A DNA stretch of 64,000 bases from Raillietiella orientalis (GCA_036172245.1 JAYWIR010000002.1:6386001-6450000); one strand, 5' to 3'; shown: positions 1-14,599, numbered from the stretch's first letter. Translations and numbers: made by a program. The notes: generated from the letters alone by a model not told the origin.

Positions 1-330
1 GGGAGTTCTGGCGCAGGTACCTCGCTTCCGGAGGAGTTGCCGTTTCCGAGCTGTTCCAGGTTCAGGGAGATGGAATCGTTCTTGCACCTCTTGTTGAGCT
101 GCAGCGTCCCGGGGGGCACGTGGCAGCGAATCACTTCGGCGGTCCGTCGACCGCAGGACCTTTCCGCTTTGGACCCGCTGCGGCTCTTCTTCACACAAGG
201 CGGACTGAAGACGGGCTCTGGGATCGCAACCATCTGTTGCATCCGCGCCATAGAGATAGTCCGCGTTGTGTTGGAATCTCGTTCGCAGAGAATGGAAGTC
301 ACCATGGCAGCAACCCTCATGAGGACAGCA
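1..330 (-). mobile_element. Decayed Ty3/Gypsy reverse transcriptase N-terminal fragment (runs off window edge)
   Basis: The minus frame ARMQQMVAIPEPVFSP...EVIRCHV...LQLNKRCKNDSISLNLEQL resembles the RT pattern RM..MGVIE.V..P...RICVD...LNK....D. Confidence 0.4.
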
Positions 331-3149
331 GCAAGGTGACCTCATCTTCCAGAAGTCGCCAGGGAGATTGCCACGGTTCAAAGAGGTTTCTAGAAATAAA
401 AGAACGTCTGGATTGGAAGCCGGCCTGCGTGCCGGTAGTTATCCAGGATGAATTTGTTTTTTTCTTTGGTATTTCTCGTGTTTGAGGGGGACTCTTCTTC
501 CCTTCTTACTTGTAGTTTGTCTTTTTAAATAAACGTCTCAGTGTCTCCGGGTGAAAGACTGAAGTTCCGAGTGCAGAATATTGGTGAATGCAGGAAACGT
601 GCCGGAGTTTACCCTGGACACCGTTGAATCGCGTATCTCTCAGACAATCCTCTTCCGACGGAAAGTGACAGATACTCCAACTTCGGTGGAATCTGCGCTC
701 ACCTTGATCAAGAGATTTATTACTCTTCGCGCGACGTCCGAATCGCTGCTTATTTCACTGTGACTGAAGAGCAAGACTTCCTAGGTGTCGGCGGGGAGGA
801 AAATTTCCCGAGCTTGTTGCGCAAAAAGGTTTGCATAGATGCGTTTCTCAGCTCACATGGTTCAGGTTCTCATGACTTTTGAGCTCAAGTAGAGGTTTGG
901 CTTCTGCAGCTCCCTCTGCAACAGTAATTTGCCCAAAGTCAGTCTTGTATCTAATTTCGATTCAGCGATGCTGCGTTTGCCACGGGGAACGCCGCTCTTC
1001 AATGATTAACGGGCAATTAAGATGCTTGACTGCGGTAGACAATGTCTGGAATAGATTATTCCATGCTGCTAGCTAAGTTGACCCATACACGAAGCCGAGG
1101 ACTTTGCTTTTAGCAAGGAATTACCAAAGGGACAAGCGGGTGTGGAAAAACGCGACGCTGTGCAGCAAGATGAAGATCTAAGGAGATTCCAGACTCGAGG
1201 GAGAGCTTTTCACCAGACATGCAGAGCTTGAGCTTCCGTATCTCGCTTTTGAAGACCCCACTGGACGCTACGAAGAACAGTAATTTCTTTAATTGCTTTA
1301 AAATCTGATGTGCCATTCGGTTTCACTGGAAACGATGGTTGTTCGTTTCCACGTCAGAGGAGAAAACGGCCACTTGAATTTGATTTAATAATTACTTTAG
1401 AAGGATCCTGTTCTACGGTCTCCATGCCTTTCCTTGACGGTGAATTCAACTAGCACGGTTGGCAGGAGTCCAAGAAAAGGCGGACGTGTCATGGCGGTCT
1501 CTTTGAAATAATTCTTCTAGGGAATTTTCCTCCAAATAAGAACATCCTTTGAAGGGTCCTTCCCCCCACCCTCCGCCCCCAAAAGTCAGGACATGCAAGA
1601 ATTTTCGTTCCGATTTTTGATTCTCAGAACCTCAAGATGAAATAATTCCCTTTTATTGCTCAGTAATATTGCTGGACCAGTGTCACGATTGCAATGCAGA
1701 ACACAGGTGTGCGGAGCACGTTTTAGCTCACGGATCTGTCAGGTGCAGTGCTTCCTATCCAGTATTCTCCGACGTTCCCTCTAGAAATCCCTTGTTTTAA
1801 CAGCATCCATCCAGTGTCTTTCGCATTTCCCTAAGAGGAACGGCTGCTGACCGAAATTCGCAATCTCCCGGATGCGCAAAGAAAATTTTCTCCAGTGTCC
1901 CTCGCAACACTCAGATATCTACGACGGCTATCAAAGAATAAGAAAAAAAGGTCTATGAAAGGAAGCCCTACAGCAGTGGCACATTTATTTACATCCCAGT
2001 TTGTTTGCCAGAAAGATGCACCTTTTGCACTTTTCTGGTGAGGCTTTTCAATTCGGTTTGCTTGTTTATAAGGGAGCCGTTTTTTTCAGAGATGAAATTG
2101 TTCCTGCATGGACCTGGAAAGTGTTCTTTCCGCTTCCTAGGTAGGGGGGGAAAAATTATCTCATCGAAATTATCTCCTCTATAATTTTCCTCGAAAGCTA
2201 GTTGCATTGTAACAGTTGTTATTAGTGTACCAAAAAGAGCCATCATGGTCGAGAAGGATCCCATTTTTTACTACGCCTTCCCTTTTTCTTTTTTTCCTAA
2301 AAAAAAAAAAAATGGTGAGCCCTCATTATTCCACATGATTTGAGTTGGTAGATGTGCTCTGATGCGACCCGGGAAATCCATTAGATGGTGTAATGAATTC
2401 CGAGATAAGTCTCTCCTCATTAGCATATTTGCATCGTAACACTTATCATCGTGGAGTGTGTTTACATAATCCTTTTCCTTAAATTCTGCGAACGGCCCGG
2501 GAGCAGGAATTCACATCATCCCGACCGCGGTGAAGCCTGGACACGTTCGAGGAGCAAAACAGCAGCGACGGGGGAAGCAGTGCGATTTTCAGGGGAGCTT
2601 GGAGCAAGTCCCTCGCTCTTCTCCAAGGGAAGGAGGATGCCTGCGAAATCTCTAATTCGCTCGAAAACACTTGTGAAAGGAACGGGAACAGGAATCCTCG
2701 TCGCATATGAATTCGGGGAGGAAACACACTCCGTAATGACGCGAGATAAATTTTTTGGCTGTGTTGCGGGAGACTGCAGCAGAGAGATCCGATGCACGAA
2801 CTCTCCACGGAGCTAAGTACCGGCGTGGACAAAGCACTGCTCCCCGTGATGTGCAAGGAGAGATCAAGAATTTAGAAAAAAAAAAAAAAATGCATCACCC
2901 CGCAGGGTTGAAATTTATTCCCGAATCCTCTTCCGGCGCCACGCAATTTCGAAGAGCAGCTTCCCGAGAGCTGAGATCACTACGGAATGCCCATGAGGAG
3001 TGGAGCAGAGATGAACCTTCCTCCTCCATCAGATTGCATGCGCTAGTCGCGCATAAATCGAGCGCGTCATGTGTAAACAACAAGAGTAGCGTGCGATCCC
3101 GGAACGAAAAACAGTTACTGTCGCAGAGCGAGAGGCCCAGACGTTCGAA

Positions 3150-4200
3150 ATGGGGCAAAACGGAGCTGCAAGAGTGAAAAATCCCCTCGTCGCTGGTGAT
3201 CCAATTCAGTTCACACGTTCACACAAGCCCTCGTCGGAGGCCGTGTGGTCACGGTGGTCTCCGCGCGTGGCACCACCATGCGTCGCGGAAGGAATCGACG
3301 CAGCGCGTCGTGGGTTCCGAGTTCACCCCACAATATGACGCTGGTCGGCCTTCATTCATCCGGGTGCGGCACTGGTATCTGTTAAAACCGGATGCCCCTG
3401 ATGAGGGCCGGGACAAATGGGAGTCGACCTCCGGGTCCTTCCAGGAACCAAGGAGTGGAGGGTTCCCCCTCCGGTTGTGAAGGAGCCGACCCCCTATTCC
3501 GGGGAGACCCTCCTCCTCGTCGTACTGATGGAGTAGGTGTGACGCCACCACCTCTCCAGAGAGTGCAGAGAAGCGAGCCGATCCCTTCGGGGAAGCTGCG
3601 TCCTTCAGAATTTCGGAAGCGTCCCTTCGAGGCTCTCTTCAGAGGAGTGAACAGGAGCGAATCCCTTGCGGGAGGATCCCTCCGGAGAAGAAATCCCAGG
3701 ATCGGATCCTTTCCGGGTTCCCTTCAGAGAACAAAGAATGAAGCGGACCCCCCGCCCCCCTGGGTCCTCCGGAGAGAATAAGAAAGGAGAATTCCCTTCT
3801 AAATTCCCCTTCGGAGGCAACCAGGGTGGAGGTGATCTCCATTTCCGAAGAGCCTTCCCAGAGGGGAACGGACTCCGAGTTCTTCCTGGATTCAAAGGGA
3901 GAAACCCTCCCGGGGTACCCCCTATCTTTAAGAATTGCCCACTCTCTTGTTGCGTGGAACCGTGTCAAAGAACTGCGGAGACAGAAAAGAAGGATTTCCA
4001 TCATTCTGTGGATCGTTCCGGTGTGCTTGCCGTTAACACAGCACGTGAAGGTGAACGGAAGCGGCATCTCTTTCTTTCCAGAAAGCACCACCGACTGCTC
4101 TAGTGCATCGTTCCGGCGTTTCAAGCGACTATCGAATTCCATCCCGAGGGTGCTTGGAAGTGACATTCTCACGAAAGCGCTGTTCCTTCCTTCCTTCCCC
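3150..4200 (+). mobile_element. Decayed Gypsy LTR-retrotransposon fragment, family A (gag end/protease/RT)
   Basis: Frameshifted motifs AALV..TGC (protease-like), EFRKRPFEALFRG, VPPIFKN (cf. VRPV.DYRELN) and KELRRQKRRISII (cf. KLREWRRQG). DNA similarity to 5545-5955 and, inverted, to 21380-21880. Confidence 0.55.
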
Positions 4201-4759
4201 TCCTTTCATTTTTGTTTTTGGTTTTGCTTTTAACAAATCCGCTAATTGGGGATAGCAAGAAAAACGTCTGCCCGTGGAAGTTTCGAACTTCTACCTTCCT
4301 TCTGAGAATTCTGCAGTGGGATTTGTGCTCCTTTAACCCGCTCCTCCCATGTCATCAGCAGTATATCCGACGCAGTTTTTCCAACAGCTTTCGCTTTACC
4401 ATAAAATATTCGGTTACATGATGTAAGTTATTCTGCCGCTCCGCTGCAGGAAGTAAATGAGCACCACGGGCAGCTGGACGCAGGGCGATTACCGGGGTGC
4501 AGAAGAAATGATCTCGTGCTCGGAATAGACAATAAGCTTTGCACTTCGAAAGGCAGTTGGTCCCCTTAAACTGAAGTCCGGCATCCAGGACGATCATGAA
4601 AAACTTTGCACTGTGCACGGTAAATTTTCAAAATGTCCTCTACAGACAGATGGCGCCATGCCTAGAGTTGCAGGGGCTGATGGTCGTCCTCATATAGGCA
4701 GCACATAGCACGAGACTGGGCATAGGGAGATACTGCCCAAGTAAGGGGATCGGATCCAG

Positions 4760-5980
4760 TTGAACATGCCGATCGAAGAGGGGTGTGTGCGTGGGAGGGG
4801 AAGAGAGCAGCTGGTCCTCCACGTTGCGAAACGGGGAAGAGCAGGAGATCACCGAGAAGGGGATTCGGAAGTCGAATCGAAGGCTCCTTCCGAGGAGACT
4901 TTCAAGAAATATCCTCTCGTCTTGGGTTCTCGAACGCTCTCAATCCACCAACTCTACAGAAGCCCACCGCAAGAGCAAGCGGTGGCGAAGGACAACTTTC
5001 CGTCAGATGTGTCCCTTCCGAAACACTACTTACCAGTGCACGGCGATGCGACGGAACATTTGACGCAGTGAGTGGGGAAACATGTCAGGCCATCGACGTC
5101 GGGATGCGAGCGCTTTCACCTCGCTTTCTTGCAGGATCTGTTTTTTTTTCTTTCGACAGCGACGGAGTCTCGTGGCAGCTGCAGAGTCCTTCCGTATCCC
5201 AGCTTCCTCGCGTTCCGAGTTTGGGCAACCGATCCGGTCAAATCTGGTGTCTTCAGAAATGCTCAGAAATCGGAGTGCCGCTTGGCCTTTGGCTACCTTA
5301 CTGCATTCGCAGCTCTGCGCTCGATTCCAAAGGCGCTGTTACCGGCCGCGGCTCCCTCGCCAGGAACGCAGGTCAAGAGCTGCTGCATGTCTGGCTTCAG
5401 CTGCTTTGCCTGCAGCTGTGCGTACGACCCCCCTTACCAGGGGGACTCCTCCGGTTTCAAGATGGTGCAGCAGCCTTCTCGGGCACCTCTCCAGTTGTTC
5501 AAAAAAAAGGACCCTTCCTATTGCTGGGGGACCCTCCAAGTCGTCGCCTCTTCACAGAGTGCAAGGAAGCAAGCGAGAGCGATTCCCTGCGGGAAGCTAC
5601 AGCGTCCCTTCTGAATTTCGGAAGAGTCCCTTCGGGGTTCTCCTCAGAGGAGTGAACAGGAGCAGTTCCCTTGCGGACTCCCTCAGGAAAAGAAATTCCT
5701 ACTAGCGGATCCTTTCCGGGTACCCTTCGGAGAAGATGAAATGAAGAGAACCACCCCTTCCCAGGGGGTGTCCCTTCGGAGAGAATGAAGGGGATTCCCT
5801 TCGGGGTTTCCCTTCGGAGGCAACTAGGGTGGGAGGTGCAATCCCCCCCATCCGGGCGGAATCCCTCCCTAAGCGTGAGAGGAACGGACTCCGAGCCCTT
5901 CCTGGATGCATAGAGCGGACCCCATCCCAGGGTGCCCCCTATCCTGAAGAATTACACTGGAGAATTACACGACTCCCTGC
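4760..5980 (+). mobile_element. Decayed Gypsy family A fragment (gag/protease/RT start)
   Basis: YPLVLGSRTLSIHQL (cf. IPLRL.GGAFAVYQQL), SGETCQAIDVGMRAL (cf. GESVDV.LA.LRRL) and VPPILKNYTGELHDS. The ~400 bp at 5545-5955 is a clear diverged direct repeat of 3545-3935. Confidence 0.55.
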
Positions 5981-7149
5981 GGGGTCGTCGCAGAGGAGAG
6001 GCGTGGAAACTAAACAGTATGTTCAAAGAGCCACGTGAGCCGCGAGGCACGCGACCGGCTCTGAGGTATGTGCGTACCCTCGAGGATCCACTGCTTCTCC
6101 CTCCCAGTCCGCGCGCGTCACCGCGGTCTTCACCGTCAAGTGAGCCTCCGGTGGACGAAATAGCGGCACGGCATCACCACTCGAGCACTGCAGCGCCTGA
6201 AAGATGGTTTCTGCGGAGTACGCGCGCGTCTTCTGCCTGCTTCGCGGAAATCTGACCTTTTTGGATTTCTTGCACCCATCGGAGACGTGTGCGACCTCTG
6301 CAGCGTTACCCAACAAGCAGCGCATTTTCGAACGGCGCGGCTTCGTTCCAGTGGCGAGCTCTGATCTTCTTGGAGTGTTAATTTACAATGCCATGCGCAG
6401 ATGCATCCACGTGAATGATTACCAAGGCTTTGTTTATTACCCGCAATGAACTCTGCACTTAATTACTTCCAGAAACTGCATTGATTGAATTTTATTTATG
6501 GCCAGGCAACACATAAATACCATAAACGGTAGGTTCTTAGGACAGAGGAGGATCTTGGGATGAATTGGAGGAAACAGGGTTGCTGTTGCCATCGGTGACC
6601 ATGGATCCCACTTTCCAAATGATAAATAACCATGGCTTTTCAAACACCATTTTCCGAATCATAGCCACCTCAGAGGGAAAAAGCATGAAGAGAAAGCGTT
6701 GGTCAGCTGTGCTCTCTGTTTGCCTTTCCGTAATCAAATCGGACGAGGAGGTGTTGCCAACGATTTGAGCTGGTGATGGAGAGCTCCAGTTTGTTCGGTT
6801 TCGCGACAGAATATGCCGATGGAAGCTCCATCAGCAGAATCCGAAAGGATTCTTCAAAACGTCTAGCACATAAAAAATTCCCGACTGAACAGACTGCACC
6901 ACGGAACGTCCAATTAACGTCTTCGAATAACTCGCAGAAGAGCAGATGCTTATCAACGAAAGAACAACGGTATCCAGCTCTCATATAAGAGAAGGATGCA
7001 CTAGAAAAATGCGAAAATAGCCCATCTTTTCGAAGTGCCATTTCAGGAAAAGTCTTTCTAACAAATCGCTTTAGTTGAATCTTTGAATTATTTATCCGGG
7101 CGTAGCAGCCACCGAAACAGATGGAGCGTCGTCCTATTCAGCAAGTTTG

Positions 7150-7440
7150 GGCGCGGGATCGCCGAGACGAAAAGCAATCATGCGGAATAACGTCGAAATT
7201 TCCTGGAACCCAAGACGAGCATTGCCACATTTCGTATGTGGGGAACTCGATATCAGGAGTGGACAAACAAAGTCGCGTTATCTCCTACGATGAAGTTCCG
7301 CTTACTCGCGAATGACAGAACATTCAGCCCAGTAGGTGCTAAGCAACCCAGACTTGGAGACACGGTCCAGTCCGAATCGTACGGAAAGAACGGTCGTTCC
7401 CATATCAGCTCAGCTCCTTCATTTGCTGCAAAGATGATCA
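7150..7440 (-). mobile_element. Possible hAT transposase remnant
   Basis: DSDWT...FIVGDNAT...*YRVPHIRNVAML resembles the hAT D.WT / V.DN / HIRC.AH motifs; interrupted by stops. Confidence 0.3.
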
Positions 7441-8584
7441 AGTATCAACTTTGATTCGTTCATTCCTTGACGGAGTTCTTCCTGCGAAATGCTGGCAGTT
7501 GGTAAAATTGCCAGTGACTTGAATATGGGGACTTGTGATCTTCCTTCCATATGCTGCGTGTCTTTCAAATCAGTATCCGAACAGAATCCTCCCAATCAGT
7601 AAATCGGAGGTGGCAATACCGGAGAAAAATTCCATTGGAACCAATGAAGCAGAAAATTTGCTTATAAATGAAATGCCTGTCAACCTGATCTTGCCTCTTG
7701 GTTACCATCGCAGCAGTGCCTGAAAAAAGAACATCGCTGCTCTACGTCACTCCTGGCACGCCAATGTAATGAAATGCTTTTGGCTAATGCTGTTGGAGGA
7801 TCTTCCGAGAGGAGGCATGGAACTGTTTGTTATAACGGACGACTCAAGTGGGCGGACAGGAATTATGAAGCATTTGAAAAAGAATTCTTCGCCCATCTCC
7901 ATGCATGGTATTTCGGCGCATGTGAATAAATGAACAGCAATCAAAAGAGCTTCTGTGAGTAAAGGTGCGGTCGAAAGAGTTGCGCAGGTACACAGATAGG
8001 GTATACACACGGAAAGGGGGGGCATGCCTTCCGGTAACTAAGTGTTTTGGATGAATTCGCAACTTGTAGTTGGTGAGGAGTTCACTCCAAATTGAGTGCT
8101 GGATTCAGCAATAAGGATGGTGGTGACCTGCAGAACCACTTAGAATTTTTCAAGAGACTCCGGAAGCAAACAAAGGATGAAAATCCTTACACATCTCTGC
8201 AGATTCATCTCGAATGCATTTTGCACTCACCCATGAGGGAGACACCAAGCAGCAAGGACTCTTGGCGCAAAAGTGCAGGAACTAAGCAGATCTAGCTTTG
8301 AATTGGAGGAGTCTGTCTGCTGCATCTACTAACAGGGTCCTTTGTAGCATTCCTTCTAGAAAGATTCCATCCGGAGAGGTGTCAAAATTTTCTGCCGAGA
8401 ACATTTTTCCACTAGATTCTTGCAGCCGTTTCAATTTATTTCCGGTGGAACTAATTTCGAACATTTTCCTTCTCTAGCATAGAAAAGAGATGTGCTTTTG
8501 TGAGACTCCCATGCGCACCTTGTCAGCTCTTATCTTATTGAGAATCTTGAGGTAGACTGGAAGAACCTCATCAGGCAGATGGGC

Positions 8585-9549
8585 TTCCTTGAAGATGCAG
8601 AATTCAGTTTTTGCTGACTCTTTGCTCACATCGGCCATCATCGTCTGACACCAATTCTGGTGCACGATAAAGAAGTCACGCCTGTGGTTCTCCTTTGCGC
8701 CAAATGCTTTGCAGGAATCATGAGGCTTGGGTGCCTCTCGTTCCAGAACTGCATCACGAGCCAACTCTTCCAGCTACATCGCACACCTCGAAACACCACT
8801 CCAGCGCAGACGTGCCTGTTGACTGTTGCAGAGCGCATGGCCACATCGAACTCCTGCGATCCCAGTTCATCACGTTCTACGGCAGGTGTTTCCCAGGGAA
8901 AGGCTCCGTTCGTCGAAAGAAAGGTGACCATCCCTGAGGGGATGTGCTGCCGTTTCCTGAACTGGGGCTTCCAACGCAATCAGCTCCGGCACCTTCCTTT
9001 CCCCGGGAGAGCTGCATCTCGGAATCGTTCCAGGAGCGGGACGACCGAGTCCTTCTTGCCCCTGCTGCTTTTGGACTGCGGTGCCCTCCCTCGGCGAACT
9101 GAGGCCGAGGCTTCCCTTCAGCGCTACTGTCCCAGGAGGATACGCCGCCAGCGACCTGCTGCGACGATTCTTCGCGCCCGACGGACTCTCGGCAGGCCAC
9201 CGTGCCGGCAAGAGATGCTGCATCCTCCACATGCCGAAGTCTCGGGAGCAGCAAAGAGAGGCCTCCAGAGCAGCAGCCTCCTTCACGAGGGAGAACCTGG
9301 AAGGCGACCTCACTCGGACGAAGATGTCCATTCGGCGATCACCGGCGCCCAGCGCTGGTTCGCAGCGGGAAGAAGTGGTCGAGGCCAAAGACTCTTCTTG
9401 TCCACACTCCCTCCTTTGCCTGCTTGCCGACTGTCCCTATCGCAGCCTCTCCGGAGAGTTGTAGAGCGACCGACTTGCGCGTTTGTGCTCCCTCCTGCTT
9501 CTTGGTTTCCCTTGACAACCGCGTTCCCAACTTGTTTGTCGTTCCTGAA
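8585..9549 (+). repeat. Copy 1 of ~965-bp near-identical inverted duplication; contains decayed Gypsy gag (family B, DUF7041-like)
   Basis: Reverse complement of 25600-26567, with about a dozen substitutions and one 3-nt indel by eye. Gag-like motifs across frames: FWTAVPSL..EAEA, LLHEGEPGRRPHS, RLFLSTLPP. Confidence 0.9.
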
Positions 9550-10499
9550 TGAATGCCTGGCATAGCCAGGCGGAGAGGTACCGATCAGATGATTATGCCG
9601 ACCACGTGAAGCGCAAGAGTGCAGCTTGTGAAAAGATCGTTGCCTCCTCTTTAGATTCGAAATCAAATGAGTGAACAATGCACAAGGTGGTGTCTGCCAA
9701 AGGTCTTTTAGTACTGAAATGGTATCCACGGATGCGCAAACACAATGCAATAATATTGTGTTCTTCTCTGCCTTTGAAACGACCTTTCCTTCCTTTGTAA
9801 TCTCACTGAGTAGCTGAATTCTTCGGCTGCTAATTCTCGTGAGATTTCAATATCTCCTAAGAACTGGCGATCATGTATGGAATATGTACTCTTTTTTCAC
9901 TGAACCAACTTTTCATTCTGAGGGGCAGCTGCGTAATCTTCTAAAGTTGCAAGAGCATGTTGTCCCCACTCTGAAGTTTTCCATTCGTACTGTCTACTCG
10001 GCTGACACTATTTCTATTTTCTTCCATTGCAATTTGGATTGCCATGAAGAGAGATGAAATCTCATTTTCCATTTTTTTTTTTTTTTTGTCACTCATCATA
10101 ATTGAATTTTCTGAAACCATCTTTCGCTGGATGTTTCGTAACATCCAGCCAAGCAGATAAATGTCTGTCTTCCTGAAGAATTGGGATTTAGCAATGCTTT
10201 TCTTCCAGTTCTTTTTCTGGTTGAAAACAGTATTATATTTCACGAAATTGGAGAAAAATGGTTCTAGAAAACAGACGCACAGATGCATTCCTTCAGCACT
10301 GCAGCCTGGCAACAGTCAGATCTGCTTATAGAAATGAAGTTTGGGTGCTGGAAGATTCGTTTTCCCCTTCATTTTGCATTCCCATAGGTTGCAGGGTTCG
10401 CAGCCCACCACCCTCTTTCATCTTTGGGGAACGTGGGAAGATATATACTACGAGTTTGCTGAGATGACGAGAGCTCAAGACCATGCTGATGAGAATTGG

Positions 10500-10960
10500 T
10501 TCCAAGAAACTTCCTGTTCTCTGTCTGCATCAGAGATGCCTATGTGTCACTCACAGGAGGGATCACTGCAGCTGGGGGCCAGCGAAGGCAGTGGTTCAGC
10601 AACTGGGATATACAAACGTGTTGGCAGCGTTCCGCAACAGCTGAAATCAGAACAGAAGACCCACAGGAAGAACACTGCTGCTGGATGCTAGCAGAATCTG
10701 CGATGACTAGAAACAGCCTCGTTCTATAATTACGTGGTTGGGAAGTGGGTGCAGTGAAGAACGCCATTCTTGGACGGGAGCTGGGAAACGACAACGAGGT
10801 TGGAAAGGAAGGCAAGAACGCGGCTTTAACCACAAATTCCGACGCTAGTTCCCAAGTCGAGGAGAGCTGCCGAAAAAATGGACCCAGAGAAGCAAAAGCA
10901 GTTGCTTGAAAGTAAGGTAGGCTATTATTCTTGCACGAAACTTGCGAAGATCGTGCAGAT
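10500..10960 (-). mobile_element. Decayed Gypsy family A RT fragment
   Basis: SQVSCKNNSLPYFQA (cf. LQI.V..SLWP.QT) and LASEFVVKAAFLPSFP, which parallels VLGSDILTKALFLPSFP at ~4150-4200. Confidence 0.45.
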
Positions 10961-13699
10961 TTGTTCTTTGCGATGGTGAATGGTTGAGAACGAAAAAAAT
11001 GTGGCAAAACTTCCCGAGTGACTATCGTAAACGTTGAAGGCAATGTCACGCTTCTGCTGCGGTGGTGGATAACAAACATTTGACATGTATTTGGATGCTC
11101 CATATTGAGACAATGGAAAACATGCATTGAATTGAAAAGATCCGAATACATAAATACTATGTAACAGATGCGTGCGCCAACATGTTTCCGGTCAGGGAAA
11201 GACCCGATTGTGAATTTTCCTTCAAAGTGCGAAAATATCAGCTAGAACGAACAACTCTTGAGTAGGAGGAGCTACCAATACTAATCATGCCTTAGACAGT
11301 AGTATATAAGGTAAGTGTAAAGTGACCGAAATGAACTCAAGTAAAACAGGAAACAATTTAAAAGGCTCGCATCACAAGAAGCTAACAGAATAAGCTTTTT
11401 TCTTTTTCTTTTTCAAAACTATAAACTAAGTTTACAAAAGTATAAACGGCTCTTAGTTTGCTGAGAGTCGTTGCAAATTTTCACACGTTTACAAAAACCC
11501 AATCCAAATAAGTGGAAGGACCACAGTCTATTGGAAGTTCTGTGCTCTGTGGAAACCTGTATCAGGTGGAGCAAGGAAGTTCTGGAACAGGGTGAAACTT
11601 CTGATTCCTACGCTACAGAGGAGTATCTGGATTCCATTAAGCAAAGGATGAGACTGTAGAGCTTTTCAAGTCCTTCGACCGAAATACCTTGGAAATGGAT
11701 GATGGGTTTCCACGAGGAAATGAAGCCTTTTTTTTTTTCCTATTCCGACAGTTTTTAATGTTTCCTACCGGACTACGGAACGTATCCTAACAGACTGGCT
11801 TGCTGACACAGAAAGGATTGCAGGAACGACCCAGCCATGAAACAGGGGTTCCTTGCTCTTGCATACTCAAAGTGAATCCATGGCTGCAGATTCATACCGT
11901 GATGGCAGAGGGGATCTACAAAAAGTCTCATGTGTCATCGTCTCATGCGGCTGCAATTCATCATCGCAAGATTTCCGTTCATCAAAAAATTTGCGTATCT
12001 CTTTAATACCAGCTTATGCGACCTCCCATGAAACTGAAATCCGGATAAAAATAGCATGGCATTTTTTATACCTCGCCCATACATCCTGACTCTGAGCAGT
12101 CTGAATGAAATAAGTGTTGCTTATTTGACTTGGGCGCATGGACGCTATACAGAGAATTCGGCGACAGAATCCAACCGATGTGAAAAGCGCTGTGCAGATG
12201 TTGGATCTTGTGGCACTCTTTCTGTGTTCGACGGCGCTTCCTGTTCGTGTTTGGGTTGCTAGCCCCGTGCTCCAGTTGAAGATGCGCCGATACGAAACGG
12301 AGACCTTTCTATTGTGTTTCCATCCGCGTTCCTCGGACCACCTTTGCATCCAAAGTGTTTTCTCATTCTCCTCTCCCATGGCGGTGTTTCCCATGCCAGC
12401 CCGACGTGCTGATTGCTCTTCGTGAAGGCGCACGCTTGGTGTCAACTTGGTTAATTCTCGGAACTCATGCGAGGTCACTGACTAGGACCTGAAGGATCTC
12501 ATCATGTTCCAGGTTTGGGAGACCGTGCAAGTTCATTCGCTGCCCGACGGAACTGCGTGGAGCAAAATCTCTTATCCTCACAAGTGGCCGATTGGGGTCC
12601 TCAAGATTGCAGTGTGTTCTATAAGCTCCGTGCCACAAAGAAAGACCGTTCGTTCTAAAGTTTCCGCGTTCCTGTTGGGAGTTTCGAAGGAAAGTTGGAG
12701 CTCCGATGTGGAGGCGAATGGCACCCATCCTCAAGCCCGCAAGCTGAGAAGGTTCCAGCCGTCTAACAAATCTCTTTCATAGAGACCGCTCCGTTGGTAC
12801 TTGAGAGCAAGTCTCAAGGAGGGAGCAAACCATTTCAAAAATGCGTTTTCTGGGAAGCAAATTCGAGCTCATGTCCTTGTCTCGTTTTTGTCGTGCCTTT
12901 CCGACGACCAAAAGCCCAAGCCCCACTTTAATTGAGGGACGACTTAATTATTTTTCCATAAGAAAAATGAGGAAAATGAATGCTTGGCTGCTTCCATAAA
13001 AGAACTCTCTTCCGGTTCCTCAGACTATGAATAATAAGTCCAAGGATTGCACTCTCCGCTTTTTGCCTGCCAACATGCCTAGATTTATGAATCATGAAAG
13101 ATGGAGAATAAGAGCATCCCAGAAACAAGCAATGGCATTAATTTGTAGTCACGGTTTATGTATTTTTCTGATCATTGACAAAAAAAACCGAGTATCCTGG
13201 CCATTCGGGATTCGCGGCATTCGCTCTCATGATGCATTTCCTACGTACCCAAAGTACAAAAAAAGAGAAAACTCTTCATACATAATGAATGATGGTACAG
13301 AGATACTTTTCGATGCACATCTTTAACTTTCATAGGGGTTTTTAGAATTAGGAACACTCTGAATTTTATGGACTGAAAAAACCAATGCTTCAAATTCCAG
13401 ATTAATTTAGGTATTCATGGGTGGCTCCGAACAATTTCAAAGATGTGCATCGAACCGTTCGAGCACTTATCGAGATAAGATCTGATGGTAGGTAATACAG
13501 TTTATATTGTAAATCCTGAAATGTATTATTTCCATGTCTTCGATTATCAAGAACTTTTTTTTTTTTTTGAAACGATCTAGTGGCCCGAATCACATGTAGT
13601 GATAAAGCTCTGCATCTCGGTTCTTTAGAAGATTTTTCGTTTCAACATTCATCTTGGAAAACCTCCACAGATGAAGGTGCATGTAATACTTGAGTGTGC

Positions 13700-13950
13700 G
13701 CTTTGGTTCAGATCAGCTCAGTAGGTGCTGCACAGTGTGCTCTCATTATATACAGTCTGGATCATGCATGAACCAGAGAACCATAAAGATTTCTTGGACA
13801 GGACGTGGACGGGGTCCAACTCTTGGAGGGATCCCATTCAATTCAGTACTGCTGGAAGGAAAAGAGATACGAGTAGGAAACGCGAAATCCGTCAGCTCCA
13901 AATCATCAAAGCAGCGTACCTTTGGATCAGTTTCCTGTAAGTCCTTTTTC
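13700..13950 (-). mobile_element. Possible non-LTR (LINE) RT remnant
   Basis: LNGIPPRVGPRP (cf. NGVPQGS.L.P), preceded by ISRFL and followed by LWFMHD. Confidence 0.25.
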
Positions 13951-14599
13951 CTTTTAGGTCCTTAGATCCTTTCCTCTTTGGTACTTAGGTCTTTTTCCCT
14001 CTGGCCTTTAGGTCCTTTCCTATTTTCAGATGACAAAGAAAAACAGTGGAAAGTAACTTGTTCAGATGTTTAGATGACGGAGCTGAAGACGATCGGCTTT
14101 TAAAATAAGGTTCTTTCACGAAGCCGAGGCCTTTTTTTCTTCTAGTGTTACCGTTTTGCTTACGCTGTAATCTGCAGTGCACATTAAACCAAAATAAAAC
14201 CACTGTTGCCAGAATAAAGGGGCATTTAGTGTCCCACCCCTTTTTTTGTTTTTGTTTTTTTCCTTTTTTCTAGGGAAGTAAACATTAAGAATTCTGAAAT
14301 CGAATCTAAGGTATGCAAAAGCTGATGTACTTTCTCATCTAGGGCGAGCCATCGGGTCAAAAATCCATCGGCGGCAAGAGGTCAGGCAGGCATCAATTCT
14401 GAGGCTCCCCATCCTGTTATCACCTTCTGTTTCCTTTCGTCCGTTTCGATCCTCTTCGGTCTAGTTGATGGTATGTTCTGTGCTGCCCATCTCAAGAGAT
14501 CAGAGTTTATCTTATGCGTAAAGGGACCTCTGTTTTGAGCTCGTCAAGCCATCGCGAGACGGAACGACGGCTGTCGTTTACTGGGTGCAGTCAGCCACA

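Noticed and set aside
1..389. Apparent host exon on the minus strand (acceptor tttctag at 390, open frames to the window edge)
   Set aside because: The translation is better explained as a decayed Gypsy RT N-terminus.
8660..9565. 301-aa ORF (and its 391-aa twin at 25317-26492) with LLDCGA resembling an aspartic protease site
   Set aside because: Gag-like motifs are scattered across different frames; LLDCGA is an off-frame reading of the FWTAVP gag motif.
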